In this document: piece by piece, positions 39,744 through 51,000 of the stretch
How the letters are laid out: the number at the start of each line of letters is the position of its first letter
How positions within the stretch are numbered: position 1 is the first letter of the stretch
DNA from: Dehalococcoidia bacterium
GTDB lineage: Bacteria > Chloroflexota > Dehalococcoidia > Plut-88900
DNA length: 64,000 nucleotides
Assembly (NCBI GenBank): GCA_965197645.1
Contig: OZ240219.1
Span: forward strand, 2,912,001-2,976,000
Direction of reading: 5' to 3'
Translations under genes and position numbers: made by a program
Notes under the pieces: generated by a model
Database searches by the model: none
Told to the model about the DNA's origin: nothing
The model's input: the letters and a program-made list of their open reading frames with translations, nothing else

Positions 39744-40010
39744 TTAGCGGCCTTGACGGACCCGGGCCGCGGGTAGCAGATGGGCAAGCCCAATCCTTTC
39801 GGCCAGGTCCTGCAGAGCCAGGAGGTGATGCGCGTTGGGCTGGACTCCCCGGCTCCGCCAGCGCCACAGGTTAAGTCCACTGGTGCCGAGAAGTCGGGCT
39901 ATCTCGGCCCACGGCAGGCCCGAGGCTTCCTTGAACCGCTGGAGGCTCTGAGAAAAATCGCCGGTTAGTTCGTAGGCCGCTCTATTGCGGCGGACACGCT
40001 TGCGTGCCAT
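39744..40010 (-). CDS. Small XRE HTH protein (paralog of the 54558 and 61815 genes)
   Basis: DFSQSLQRFKEASGLPWAEIARLLG...LAERIGLAHL. Confidence 0.8.
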   Translation of the reverse strand: MARKRVRRNRAAYELTGDFSQSLQRFKEASGLPWAEIARLLGTSGLNLWRWRSRGVQPNAHHLLALQDLAERIGLAHLLPAARVRQGR

Positions 40011-40014
40011 GGCG

Positions 40015-40335
40015 TCAGTTCTCCCGCAGGGGCGCCAGGAAGTCCTCGCCCATGAGGATATCAAGCCCTCCCGGTATCCACGGTGCCAGGCCCACGAGAC
40101 TGTGGTAGGCTCCTCCACAGGGTTCCGTACCCCTCCGCCATCTGAGCACCTGCTTCAACTCCACGCCCAGCACCTCCGAGAACTCTTCCCAGGTGAGGGC
40201 GCTGGCCTGTTTCAGCCGGATGAGGCGTTTCACGAAGTCTTCGGGCAGCTCCCCGCTACCATCAGGCACAGGACGGCCATCGATGACAGGACCGTTGTTG
40301 TGGACAGGCAATCGGGGAGAGCTACGCGCGGTCAT
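40015..40335 (-). CDS. XRE HTH protein
   Basis: PEDFVKRLIRLKQASALTWEEFSEVLGV...RWRRG; start overlaps the upstream gene end. Confidence 0.75.
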   Translation of the reverse strand: MTARSSPRLPVHNNGPVIDGRPVPDGSGELPEDFVKRLIRLKQASALTWEEFSEVLGVELKQVLRWRRGTEPCGGAYHSLVGLAPWIPGGLDILMGEDFLAPLREN

Positions 40336-40567
40336 CCGGGTGTTCCAATGCGAACAGTTCATCAAAATCCTTCGTTCTCAGGACTTCCAGCATCCGCCTC
40401 CGGATGCGCCCTGACGGGGCACGTCCCCTGTTGATAAGGGTTGACAGGTAGCCCGGGCTGATGCCGACCTCACGGGCAAGCCAGTTCTGAGACCGGCCCA
40501 GAAGGTCCAGCCGCTTCCAAACAGCCTGGGTATCGAGCAGCACTACGGTACGTCTTCGGCGGTTCAT
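40322..40567 (-). CDS. Cro-like XRE HTH protein
   Basis: SQNWLAREVGISPGYLSTLIN; first gene of the leftward operon, divergent from the repressor. Confidence 0.82.
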   Translation of the reverse strand: MNRRRRTVVLLDTQAVWKRLDLLGRSQNWLAREVGISPGYLSTLINRGRAPSGRIRRRMLEVLRTKDFDELFALEHPDDRA

Positions 40568-40614
40568 TGTGTTGCTGCAAACCTATTCTCGCCCTAATTA
40601 TTGCTTATGCTAGT

Positions 40615-40662
40615 ATTGTAATTGTCAGACAAGTAGCTTGTCAAGAACGCTTGTGCTACTAT
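40615..40662. promoter_or_regulatory. Back-to-back promoters and operator (CI/Cro-like switch)
   Basis: Minus TTGACA(40644-40639)-18-TACAAT(40620-40615); plus extended -10 TGcTACTAT (40654-40662); palindrome GACAAG-TAG-CTTGTC at 40628-40642. Confidence 0.65.
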
Positions 40663-40715
40663 GGGAAGCATATGATTACCTCGTCGTTGCACGAACCTCA
40701 GGAGTGGAACAGTCC

Positions 40716-41072
40716 GTGACCGATTCCCGGGGCTACCGGTGGAAGGGAATTGGAGCCCGCATCAAGGAGGCCAGGATGAGGGTGGGCCTCACCCAGAAGC
40801 AGGTGAGCGAGCTGGTGGGAGTCAGTCCCCATGCCGTCTGGTCCTGGGAGGCGGGGAAGATGAAGCCCACACCGGAGCATCTGGTGGAGTTGGCCTACCG
40901 CTGCGATACGAGCACCGACTGGCTGCTGGGTAGGGACGTAGTCGAGGCGGAGGTACTGAAGGAGGCGGACGTGTCCTTCAGAAAGGCCATAGAGGGCCTT
41001 CCGGTGAAGGACTTGGAGTCGATCATGGACTTCATAAGGTTCGTGCGGGAGAGACGGCGTAGGAGGAAGTAG
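40716..41072 (+). CDS. ImmR/CI-like XRE repressor
   Basis: IGARIKEARMRVGLTQKQVSELVGVS...WEAG...STDWLLG; start uncertain. Confidence 0.9.
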   Translation: MTDSRGYRWKGIGARIKEARMRVGLTQKQVSELVGVSPHAVWSWEAGKMKPTPEHLVELAYRCDTSTDWLLGRDVVEAEVLKEADVSFRKAIEGLPVKDLESIMDFIRFVRERRRRRK

Positions 41073-41080
41073 GCCGGCGG

Positions 41081-41509
41081 ATGAATCGGGCACAGCGGAG
41101 GGCTGTGGAGCTTCGGCATAAGCTGGAGCTGCGGGGCCGGGTGGATGCGGAGGCGGTGGCCAACCATCTGGGGTTGGTCGTCCAGCCGTGGCCGCTAAAG
41201 GCCCAGGAGGAGCTGCAGATGGACGGCTTCATCTGCGTGGCCGAGCGGCTTGACTCTCGCTGGCGGCGCTGGGTAACGGCCCACGCCATAGGGCATAGGC
41301 TGCTGCACCCCGGCAACCACCTGTGGATACGCGACCACACAAGCTTCGGCGGTCGGTTCGAACGGGAGGCGGAGGATTTCGCACGGGCTCTGCTAATGGA
41401 TGCACGGGAGGCCATGCAGGTGGGTCTAACTGAGGTGTGGGAGGTAGCCGAGCACTTCGGTGTACCCGAGGAAATGGTCCTGCTTCAAGCGCCCATGAGA
41501 ATGGAGTGA
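41081..41509 (+). CDS. ImmA/IrrE family protein with a degenerate HExxH (HAIGH)
   Basis: RRWVTAHAIGH...EREAEDFARALLM...VAEHFGVP; follows the repressor. Confidence 0.85.
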   Translation: MNRAQRRAVELRHKLELRGRVDAEAVANHLGLVVQPWPLKAQEELQMDGFICVAERLDSRWRRWVTAHAIGHRLLHPGNHLWIRDHTSFGGRFEREAEDFARALLMDAREAMQVGLTEVWEVAEHFGVPEEMVLLQAPMRME

Positions 41510-42271
41510 GCTAGCCTCTTGCCGAGCCATCAGTTGTGCAAACTCGACCAGAGGTGTGCATCACCGTTTTGCAGCATCGTCCAGCGCATAGCAAGAAGGT
41601 AGCATAGCACTAGCCTTGGTGTTTCGCGCCAACTCAGCATTCCTAGGATTTTGACTCACCAGTGAAGGCCCATCCACGTCCGCAGTTCACAAGAGACCCA
41701 ATATTCTCAGGTCTTCGTGGGTTGTCGACTTGAAGTCATTACGCTTTCCGATTGCTACATTCCTGTGGGAGCCTATGATCTTGGAGCAGTACTCTGATCC
41801 CAACTTCATAACCACCCAACTTGAGAGGTTCGATTCAACTTAGACGGGCCTATTTTGACGATAGACAGAACCGTCTTTGAACTGTGGCTCGGCGGGCTGT
41901 GAACCTCGAGCCCACAACCATGACCGAGAGTTCGAGGCCCTAAGGGTTGTCCTCGTGGGTCTCCACAGTCACCGCGATGCTAGGCGCTTCAAGAACTAGA
42001 GCAGATTCCTTCTTCAGAGCATCCAGGTCAATTCCACGGAGCTTCTCATCAGCCGCGCTAGCAGCATTTAGAGCATCCCGCTTCACATGGCATGAGGGAT
42101 CGAACCGCTGCCGAAAACCAAAGCTCCGACGACCGCGGTGGCTACCGCGACAGTGAAGGAAAGGCCTACGGCGGGCCGGTAGGCGCAGCCCCCTCATCAT
42201 GTCCCGCACCGGACCCGAGCCGTATGCACTTGTCTTGGCGTCCCAAGCCCCTCGAATCAGCCCGTCGCGGG

Positions 42272-42973
42272 TCACTGCCTCTCCGACTCTGGCGGGGAGT
42301 TGTTGCCCACCACCACGTCGTCCACGAGGCCGTTCCGCACAGCCCAGATCACGAGTTCCTGCTTCGTCTCGATGCCCAGCTTTTCCTGAATGCGATAGAG
42401 GTTATTCCGCACAGTGGCAACGCTGTTTCCCCTCGCCTCGGCGATCTCGGTGTACGACCTCCCCCTGGCGAACAGGGTCAGGGTCTCCCGCTCCATCGCC
42501 GTCAACTTGTCCGCAGGCTGACGGGAGACGAGCATGCGCTGGTTCCGGAGCATTGCGAAGACCGCCCTGACCGCCTTGTCAGGAATTCGTAGCCGGCCCT
42601 CGGCTACATCCAGAACGGCTTCCACCAACTCCTCAGGCCGCGAGTACTTCTGAAGGTACCCCGTCGCCCCCGCGGCGACCGCCTCGATCACAGCATCCTC
42701 TTCACTCGAGGCCGTCAGCATCAGCACTCGCGTGTCGGGCAAAAGCTCCATGATCTCCCGGCAGGCATCGATGCCGTCCTTGTTCGGCATGATCACGTCC
42801 ATGACGATGACCTGCGGGTCGATCCCTTCGACGGTCCTCACCGCCTCCTCTCCATCTCCAGCCAGTCCCACCACTTCGAAGCGGCCCGATGCTTCCAGCG
42901 CATCCCCCAAGCCACTCCTCACGATGGGGTGATCATCCACCACCATCACCCTTATTCGACCTGCTGACGACAT
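42272..42973 (-). CDS. NarL/LuxR family response regulator
   Basis: VVDDHPIVR, MDVIMP, GYLQK and a LuxR HTH. Confidence 0.93.
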   Translation of the reverse strand: MSSAGRIRVMVVDDHPIVRSGLGDALEASGRFEVVGLAGDGEEAVRTVEGIDPQVIVMDVIMPNKDGIDACREIMELLPDTRVLMLTASSEEDAVIEAVAAGATGYLQKYSRPEELVEAVLDVAEGRLRIPDKAVRAVFAMLRNQRMLVSRQPADKLTAMERETLTLFARGRSYTEIAEARGNSVATVRNNLYRIQEKLGIETKQELVIWAVRNGLVDDVVVGNNSPPESERQ

Positions 42974-42974
42974 T

Positions 42975-44198
42975 TCAGGCGCCTCCTTTATCTGCTTTGT
43001 GGGGGACCACACAGGCGATGGTCGTTCCGTCTCGTCCCTCGCCGCTCTCCACGATCAGCGTTCCTCCCATCTGCTCAGCGTCCGCCCTCATGCCCTTGAA
43101 GCCGCGACCGCGCTCCGCGTAGTCGTCAGGGAGGCCCACGCCGTCGTCCGAGACGGACAGGCGGATGTGGTCGGCCTCGAAGCTCAACCTGACCTCGACC
43201 CTGCCCGGCCGGGCGTGCAGGAAGGCGTTGGTCAGCGCGTTGTGCGCTATGGAGAAGAGACGGGCTCGGGTCTCCGTGGCAAGAGGCGGCTCGGTCCCCG
43301 ACTGCGCCATCTCGGCTGGAACCCCCGTAATCCTCTCAAACGTCGCGCAGTGCGACCACAGGACCCGCCCCAGCTCCCTGCCCTCCAGGATGTGGCCGGC
43401 GTCGATGGGGCCCCTCACCTCCCACATGGCCGACCTTGACAGGTCGGAGGTCGCATCCAGAGCGGCCACCAATTCCTCGTTCGACTCGCCGGTCAGCTTC
43501 CTGATCCTGTGAATCCCCAGGTCGATCATGTAGGCGGTCTGAGCGGTCGTATCGTGAATCGTCTGGGAGAGCTCGATGCGTTCCCGCCGCAGCTGCCGCT
43601 CCCTTGACATAGCCGTCTGCCACCGGATGCGTTCGAACCGGGTGATGAGGCCGATGCCCAGCACGAGGGTGTACATCATCGCCAGCCTTGCCATGAGCAC
43701 CTTCTCGTTGCCCGCGTCAAGGTCGAGACCGGAGTCCACACGCAAGCACGCGATGGCGTAGGCACCGGCTGCCATCGTCATCCAGACGAGACTGAGCCCA
43801 AGGGACGAGAACACCACGGCAAAGACGGCGAGAGACGGATAGTAAGCCAGGAAGATGAGGCTCGTGTATCCGCCGTCGACGACGACGCCGGCGGTGATCA
43901 TGACAATCTCTGCGGCGCTGACGAAGAGCATCCAGTGCCATGTCAATGGCCTTTTCGTCAGCAGCCGATGGTGCACCAGGCCGTTGAGTATGCCCAGCAG
44001 CACAGGCAAGCCCAGGAGCTCGACGTCCTCGGGATACCAGAAGCCCGGCCGGTAAACCAACAGGAAGACGGCGACGAGCCAGATGAACCACCGACCCCAG
44101 ACGGAGACCCTCGCCGCATACAGGATCACGTCCGGGTCGCTCAGGGCGCCTAGCGTCGCCCACCTCTGTACGGCTCCTCCCATGCCGGCCTTCAGCAA
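42975..44198 (-). CDS. Membrane sensor histidine kinase (HisKA_3/DesK-NarX type)
   Basis: About 5-6 TM segments, IHDTTAQ H-box, NALTNAFLHA, VSDDGVG. Confidence 0.9.
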   Translation of the reverse strand: MLKAGMGGAVQRWATLGALSDPDVILYAARVSVWGRWFIWLVAVFLLVYRPGFWYPEDVELLGLPVLLGILNGLVHHRLLTKRPLTWHWMLFVSAAEIVMITAGVVVDGGYTSLIFLAYYPSLAVFAVVFSSLGLSLVWMTMAAGAYAIACLRVDSGLDLDAGNEKVLMARLAMMYTLVLGIGLITRFERIRWQTAMSRERQLRRERIELSQTIHDTTAQTAYMIDLGIHRIRKLTGESNEELVAALDATSDLSRSAMWEVRGPIDAGHILEGRELGRVLWSHCATFERITGVPAEMAQSGTEPPLATETRARLFSIAHNALTNAFLHARPGRVEVRLSFEADHIRLSVSDDGVGLPDDYAERGRGFKGMRADAEQMGGTLIVESGEGRDGTTIACVVPHKADKGGA

Positions 44199-44380
44199 GT
44201 CCAGGCTCCCGATCCGAAGTCACGTACTCCTCGCATGCACATTGACATTACAGATCGAATCCCCCGCCTGTAGCCACGCAAATCTGTTGGGACATAAACA
44301 CCGACAACTTACATCAAATGCCCAATCTCTACTAGAGCACAATGTACTAACGGTAATAGGCAAAACGCTATCTATGAAAC

Positions 44381-44446
44381 GATGAAAAGAGAAAGGCCAA
44401 CTTTCCCCTTTTCATCTATGCAAACGCCGAAGGGGAACGCCATACT
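44381..44446 (+). promoter_or_regulatory. Inverted repeat GATGAAAAG...CTTTTCATC upstream of a weak promoter (CATACT -10)
   Basis: Perfect 9-bp arms at 44381-44389 and 44408-44416 with inner GAAAG/CTTTC; candidate response-regulator site. Confidence 0.45.
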
Positions 44447-45009
44447 TCACTAGGTTGCTCTGGGAAGCCGTGGGTGGAGCGTGACTGCCGCCTGAGCGGC
44501 AGGCGCCACATCGTACCGTGTTGGATCCCGGAGTAACGCAGGAACGCGCAACAAATTATGGTGATGCTTGAAATGGAAGATGACCTTCACCTCAGCCCGC
44601 CTTACTCACCGCCCGGAACGACTCGAGAGAGGGGACGGGAGGCGATGCGTGTTCCGACCGGGAACAGGCAAGTTCCCGAACTATTGTACTTAGGAGGAAG
44701 CCAGCCTTAGACCCTAAGCCAGAGTTCTAACCTCAAGTACATACCGCCATATCAACCAATCGTCTTGTGCCCGGATAGAGGCTGGGAAGGAAGTCGCCCC
44801 ATGGCGGCGGCTTCTGTTGCACCGGCGGGTTTCCCGCTGCGTCGCCAACGGCCCATGACCCCATGTGGCTACTCCAAGCTCTACTGACAGGGACAAGCCG
44901 CGGCCGTCCGGGCATCCAGGCTCCGCGCCTGCCTCTGGACGCTACCCCAGTTCCGGGCTGCGGAAGCCAAGGGCAGCGAACACTTTGACTATCAAGGAGA
45001 ACCGCAGAA

Positions 45010-48000
45010 TTGACTAAGCTTGTGCCTCTCTTGGCAATCATGGCCCTGTTAATGGGCCTGCCGTCCGTGGCCCACGCCCAGGCCACCACGCCAACCGTAT
45101 CCTCGGCCGCCATCACCTCCAACCCGGGCACGGACAACACCTACGCCACCGGCAACACGGTCACGGTGAGCCTGACCTTCAGCGAGGCGGTCACGATCAC
45201 CGGCACGCCACACGTGGTCGTCGACATTGGCGGGCAGCCCCGGAACTTCAAGTACTCGGGCGACGGAAGCAGCGCGGCGGCGCAGCCGTTCAGCTACACC
45301 GTGCTCGTGGGGGACAAGGACGCGGACGGCGTCTCGTTGCAGGCCAACAGCCTCACGCTGAACGGCGGCACGGTCCAGGCCACCGACGACTCAACCAACG
45401 CCACGCTCACCCATCCCGCCATGACGTTCGCCAACCATAAGGTGGACACCCAGGTCACGCTGCTGAGCAATCTTGGTCAGGCGGACGCATCGGACACCAT
45501 CACCGTCAGCGCGACGGAGAGCGCCAAAATCGAAATTGTTGTGGCCCAGGACAAAGCTTTTGACATCAACGCGATTACGCTCGACGTCAGGACGCCGTCC
45601 GAAACGCTCAACGTCACGGTGAGGCTGTTCGGCGGAGACTTTGCGGACTATACATATACTGGGTCCGTAACGGCCGCGGGCCTGCAGACGTTCACATTGA
45701 GCGGACCGCCAGGGGTGAGCTTTGGCAACGTGGGCTGGGCGGATTTTGGACAAATTTATCGATATCAAATGATAGTTAGCGGATCAGGCGCCGGCAGCGT
45801 CGAACTGGTAGGGACAACAGGCACAGGCACTGACGCAGGTGGTGTCTCAGGCCTAAGCATCCGGGCCGTGAGAGGGGAGACCTCGAACCCCCAGATGCGT
45901 CTATCGGGACACGAAGGTGCGATTCCGAACCTCATGTACGGCGACGTCCTTTCGAGTCCGCCGGACGGGACCGCCTATGCTGCCGGAGACCGGATCGCCT
46001 TCCTGTTCGTGTTCTCCCGGCCTGTGGATTTTCCACAAGGGATCACCGTACCGTTCTGGCTTGGGAACGGCGCCGAGGACCGCCGTGAGGCGAGCCTGAT
46101 CGAGAATCTCTCAGGTTACTACGAGGACCTGTTCTTTTCATACACGGTCCAGCCCGGCGATACGGATTCGGACGGGATATTCCTCGGGGCGGACCCGTTG
46201 GGAGACAATGCGGGTATCGACTTCCATACGGAGGAAACTGCCGCTGTTCCCGCTTACCTGCGACTTGCGGCCAACCAGCTTGCGGCGAGTCAATCCGTCA
46301 ACGGCTCCGGCTCGCGGACCTGCGAGGAGGTTTTCTGCAGCACTGTACTTGTCGGTGAAGAGAGAGTGGGGCTGGAGGCGGCCATTGGGTTTTCCATTTC
46401 GGTTAACGCAAATGCACTCCCCTTCGTTCCACTAGGGGCATCAAGTGCGTTGTCATTTGGCTATGGTGGTGAGGAATATGTGGTAAGAGAATTAGTATTC
46501 CTGGATCAAGCAATCGCCGCCTTAGATCTGCGCTTCCAAAATGGGCTTCCTAGTTCTCACTATGACAGGTTGACTCTCAGCGTGGACGGGACGCTGTTTC
46601 TCCTGAGTGAGGCTTCTAGCTCTTCCGTCGCCGTCCGTTTCCAGTGGAGTGATCCGGTCCTCCCGTGGGCGGCGGGCGACGAGATTGACGTCAAGCTGAT
46701 CGAAACGGCGACGGCCACGTTCGACGCCGCAAGCTACGCCAAGACCGAGGGCGACACCTTCGAAGTGACGGTGACGCTGGGCGACCCATTCGCGAACACC
46801 CTGACGCTTCCCATCGAGGTCGCCGAGAACGGTGGGGCGGATGCCACGGACTACACAGGCATCCCCGAGAACCTGGTCTTCGCGCCCGGCGAGACCGTGA
46901 AGACGTTCACCGTGACCATCGAAGATGACGACTTTAACGACGACGACGAGAGCCTCACCCTCAGCTTCGGCGAGGAGTCCCATATCAGGTCAGGCGGGGC
47001 CAACGAGACCGCCACCATCACCATCACGGATACCGACGGCCCGCAGGTGTCGGTGTCGTTCGGGGCGGGCACGTACACGGTCCCGGAGGGCGGCACCCAG
47101 TCCGTGACGGTGTCGCTAAGCGCCGATCCGGAGCGCACGGTCGAAATTCGCCTCACGCATATGCCCCAGGGCGGCGCCGGCTCCACCGATTACTCCGGCG
47201 TGCCTGCGAATTTGACCTTCAACGCGGGGGAAACTGAGAAGTCGTTCATCTTCACGTCGGCGCAGGACATGGAGGACGACGACGACGAGAGCGTGCTGCT
47301 CGGCTTCGGCACGCCGCTGCCGCCGGGGGTGACCGCTGGAACGACGAGCCAGACAACCGTCAGCATCACAGACGACGACGTTCCGCAGGTGACGGTGATG
47401 TTCCTGGAGAGCGCGTACAATGTCCCGGAGGGCGGCACCCAGTCCGTGACGGTGTCGCTGAGCGCCGATCCGGAGCGCACGGTCGAAATTCGCCTCACGC
47501 ATATGCCCCAGGGCGGCGCCGGCTCCACCGATTACTCCGGCGTGCCTGCGAATTTGACCTTCAACGCGGGGGAAACTGAGAAGTCGTTCATCTTCACGTC
47601 GGCGCAGGACATGGAGGACGACGACGACGAGAGCGTGCTGCTCGGCTTCGGGACGCTGCCAAGCATGGTGAGCGCGGGAACGCCGGCCACGACCACGGTG
47701 AGCATCACCGACAACGACTTCCCGGAGGTGACGGTGATGTTCGGGGCGGACGCCTACACGGTCCCGGAGGGTGGGACCCAGTCGGTGGCGGTAACGCTGA
47801 GCGCCGACCCTGAGCGTACGGTGGTCATTCCCCTCACGACGATGCCCCAGGGCGGCGCGGGCTCCACCGATTACTCCGGCGTGCCTGCGAATTTGACCTT
47901 CAACACGGGGGACACTGAGCAGACGATCACGTTCAGCGCAACCCATGACACGGAGGACGACGACGATGAGAGCGTGCTGCTCGGCTTCGGCGCGAACCTG

Positions 48001-51000
48001 CCGCCGGGGGTGACCGCTGGAACGACGAGCCAGACAACCGTCAGCATCACAGACGACGACGTTCCGCAGGTGACGGTGATGTTCCTGGAGAGCGCGTACA
48101 ATGTCCCGGAGGGCGGCACCCAGTCCGTGACGGTGTCGCTGAGCGCCGATCCGGAGCGCACGGTCGAAATTCGCCTCACGCATATGCCCCAGGGCGGCGC
48201 CGGCTCCACCGATTACTCCGGCGTGCCTGCGAATTTGACCTTCAACGCGGGGGAAACTGAGAAGTCGTTCATCTTCACGTCGGCGCAGGACATGGAGGAC
48301 GACGACGACGAGAGCGTGCTGCTCGGCTTCGGGACGCTGCCAAGCATGGTGAGCGCGGGAACGCCGGCCACGACCACGGTGAGCATCACCGACAACGACT
48401 TCCCGGAGGTGACGGTGATGTTCGGGGCGGACGCCTACACGGTCTTGGAGGGTGGGACCCAGTCGGTGGCAGTAACGCTGAGCGCCGACCCTGAGCGTAC
48501 GGTGGTCATTCCCCTCACGACGATGCCCCAGGGCGGCGCGGGCTCCACCGACTACTCCGGCGTGCCTGCGAATTTGACCTTCAACGCGGGGGAAACTGAG
48601 AAGTCGTTCGTCTTCACGTCGGCGCAGGACACGGAGGACGACGACGACGAGAGCGTGCTGCTCGGCTTCGGCGCGAACCTGCCGATTCGGATTACTCAGG
48701 GCGTCACTAATGAGGCGACAGTGAGCATCACCGACGACGACGACCCGCAGGTGTCGGTGTCGTTCGGGGCGGGCACGTACACGGTCCCGGAGGGCGGCAC
48801 CCAGTCCGTGACGGTGTCGCTAAGCGCCGATCCGGAGCGCACGGTCGAAATTCGCCTCACGCATATGCCCCAGGGCGGCGCCGGCTCCACCGATTACTCC
48901 GGCGTGCCTGCGAATTTGACCTTCAACGCGGGGGAAACTGAGAAGTCGTTCATCTTCACGTCGGCGCAGGACATGGAGGACGACGACGACGAGAGCGTGC
49001 TGCTCGGCTTCGGCACGCCGCTGCCGCCGGGGGTGACCGCTGGAACGACGAGCCAGACAACCGTCAGCATCACAGACGACGACGTTCCGCAGGTGACGGT
49101 GATGTTCCTGGAGAGCGCGTACAATGTCCCGGAGGGCGGCACCCAGTCCGTGACGGTGTCGCTGAGCGCCGATCCGGAGCGCACGGTCGAAATTCCCCTC
49201 ACTCATATGCCCCAGGGCGGCGCCGGCTCCACCGATTACTCCGGCGTGCCTGCGAATTTGACCTTCAACGCGGGGGAAACTGAGAAGTCGTTCATCTTCA
49301 CGTCGGCGCAGGACATGGAGGACGACGACGACGAGAGCGTGCTGCTCGGCTTCGGGACGCTGCCAAGCATGGTGAGCGCGGGAACGCCGGCCACGACCAC
49401 GGTGAGCATCACCGACAACGACTTCCCGGAGGTGACGGTGATGTTCGGGGCGGACGCCTACACGGTCCCGGAGGGTGGGACCCAGTCGGTGGCGGTAACG
49501 CTGAGCGCCGACCCTGAGCGTACGGTGGTCATTCCCCTCACGACGATGCCCCAGGGCGGCGCGGGCTCCACCGACTACACCGTGCCGTTGAGTGTGACGT
49601 TCAACACGGGGGACACTGAGCAGACGATCACGTTCAGCGCAACCCATGACACGGAGGACGACGACGATGAGAGCGTGCTGCTCGGCTTCGGCGCGAACCT
49701 GCCGATCCGGATTACTCAGGGCGTCGCTAATGAGGCGACAGTGAGCATCACCGACGACGACGACCCGCAGGTGACGGTGTCGTTCGGGGCGGGCACGTAC
49801 ACGGTCCCGGAGGGTGGGACCCAGTTGGTCACGGTCAACCTGAGCGCCGACCCGGAGCGCACGGTGGTTATTCCCCTCACGACGATGCCCCAGGGCGGGG
49901 CGGGCTCCACCGACTACTCCGTGCCGTTGAGTGTGACCTTCAACACGGGGGAGATGTCGAAGACGATCACGTTCAACGCAACCCATGACACGGAGGACGA
50001 CGACGATGAGAGCGTGCTGCTCGGCTTCGGCGCGAACCTGCCATCGCGGGTGATTCAGGGCGCCCCCAACGAGGCGACGGTGAGAATCACTGACGATGAT
50101 GATCCAGAGGTAACGGTGATGTTCGCCCAGATGGCCTACACGGTCCCGGAGGGCGGGACACAGTCGGTGACGGTCAACCTGAGCGCCGATCCGGAGCGCA
50201 CGGTGGTCATTCCCCTCACGACGATGAACCAGGGCGGAGTGGACGCCACCGACTATTCCGTGCCGACGAGCGTGACGTTCAACTCGGGGCAGATGTCGAA
50301 GACGATCATGTTCAGTGCAACCCATGACACGGTGGACGACGACGATGAGAGCGTGAAGATGGCCATCGGCACACCGCTGCCATCGCGGGTTACCCAGGGC
50401 GCCCCCAACGAGGCGACTGTGACCATCACCGACGACGACGACCCCTTCGTCGAGGTGCAGTTCGCTCAGAACTCCTACACCGTCCCTGAAGGAGGGACGC
50501 AGGCGGTGACGGTCACCCTGAGCGCGGACCCGGAACGCACGGTGGACATCCCCCTGGTGGCCACCGCACAGGGCGGGGCGGACATCACTGACTACTCCGT
50601 ACCGTTGGGCGTGATCTTCAACTCGGGGGAGCTGTCGAAGACGATCACTTTCAGCGCGACCCATGACACGGTGGACGACGACAACGAGAGCGTGCGGCTC
50701 GCCATCGGCGCGATCCTGCCGGCTCGGGTGAGCCGGGGCGCCACCAACGAGACGACGGTGAGCATCACCGACGACGATGACCCCCATGTGACGGTGATGT
50801 TCGCCCAGGCCGGCTACCGTGTGGTTGAGGGCGAGACGGTCGCGGTGCGCGTCACGCTGAGCGCGGACCCGGAGCGCACGGTGACCATTCCCCTGGTCGC
50901 CACCGGACAGGTCGGGGCGACCACCGACGACTATTCCGGCGTACCGGAGGATTTGACCATCAACGCCGGCGAGACGTCGAAGACATTCGAATTCATGGCG

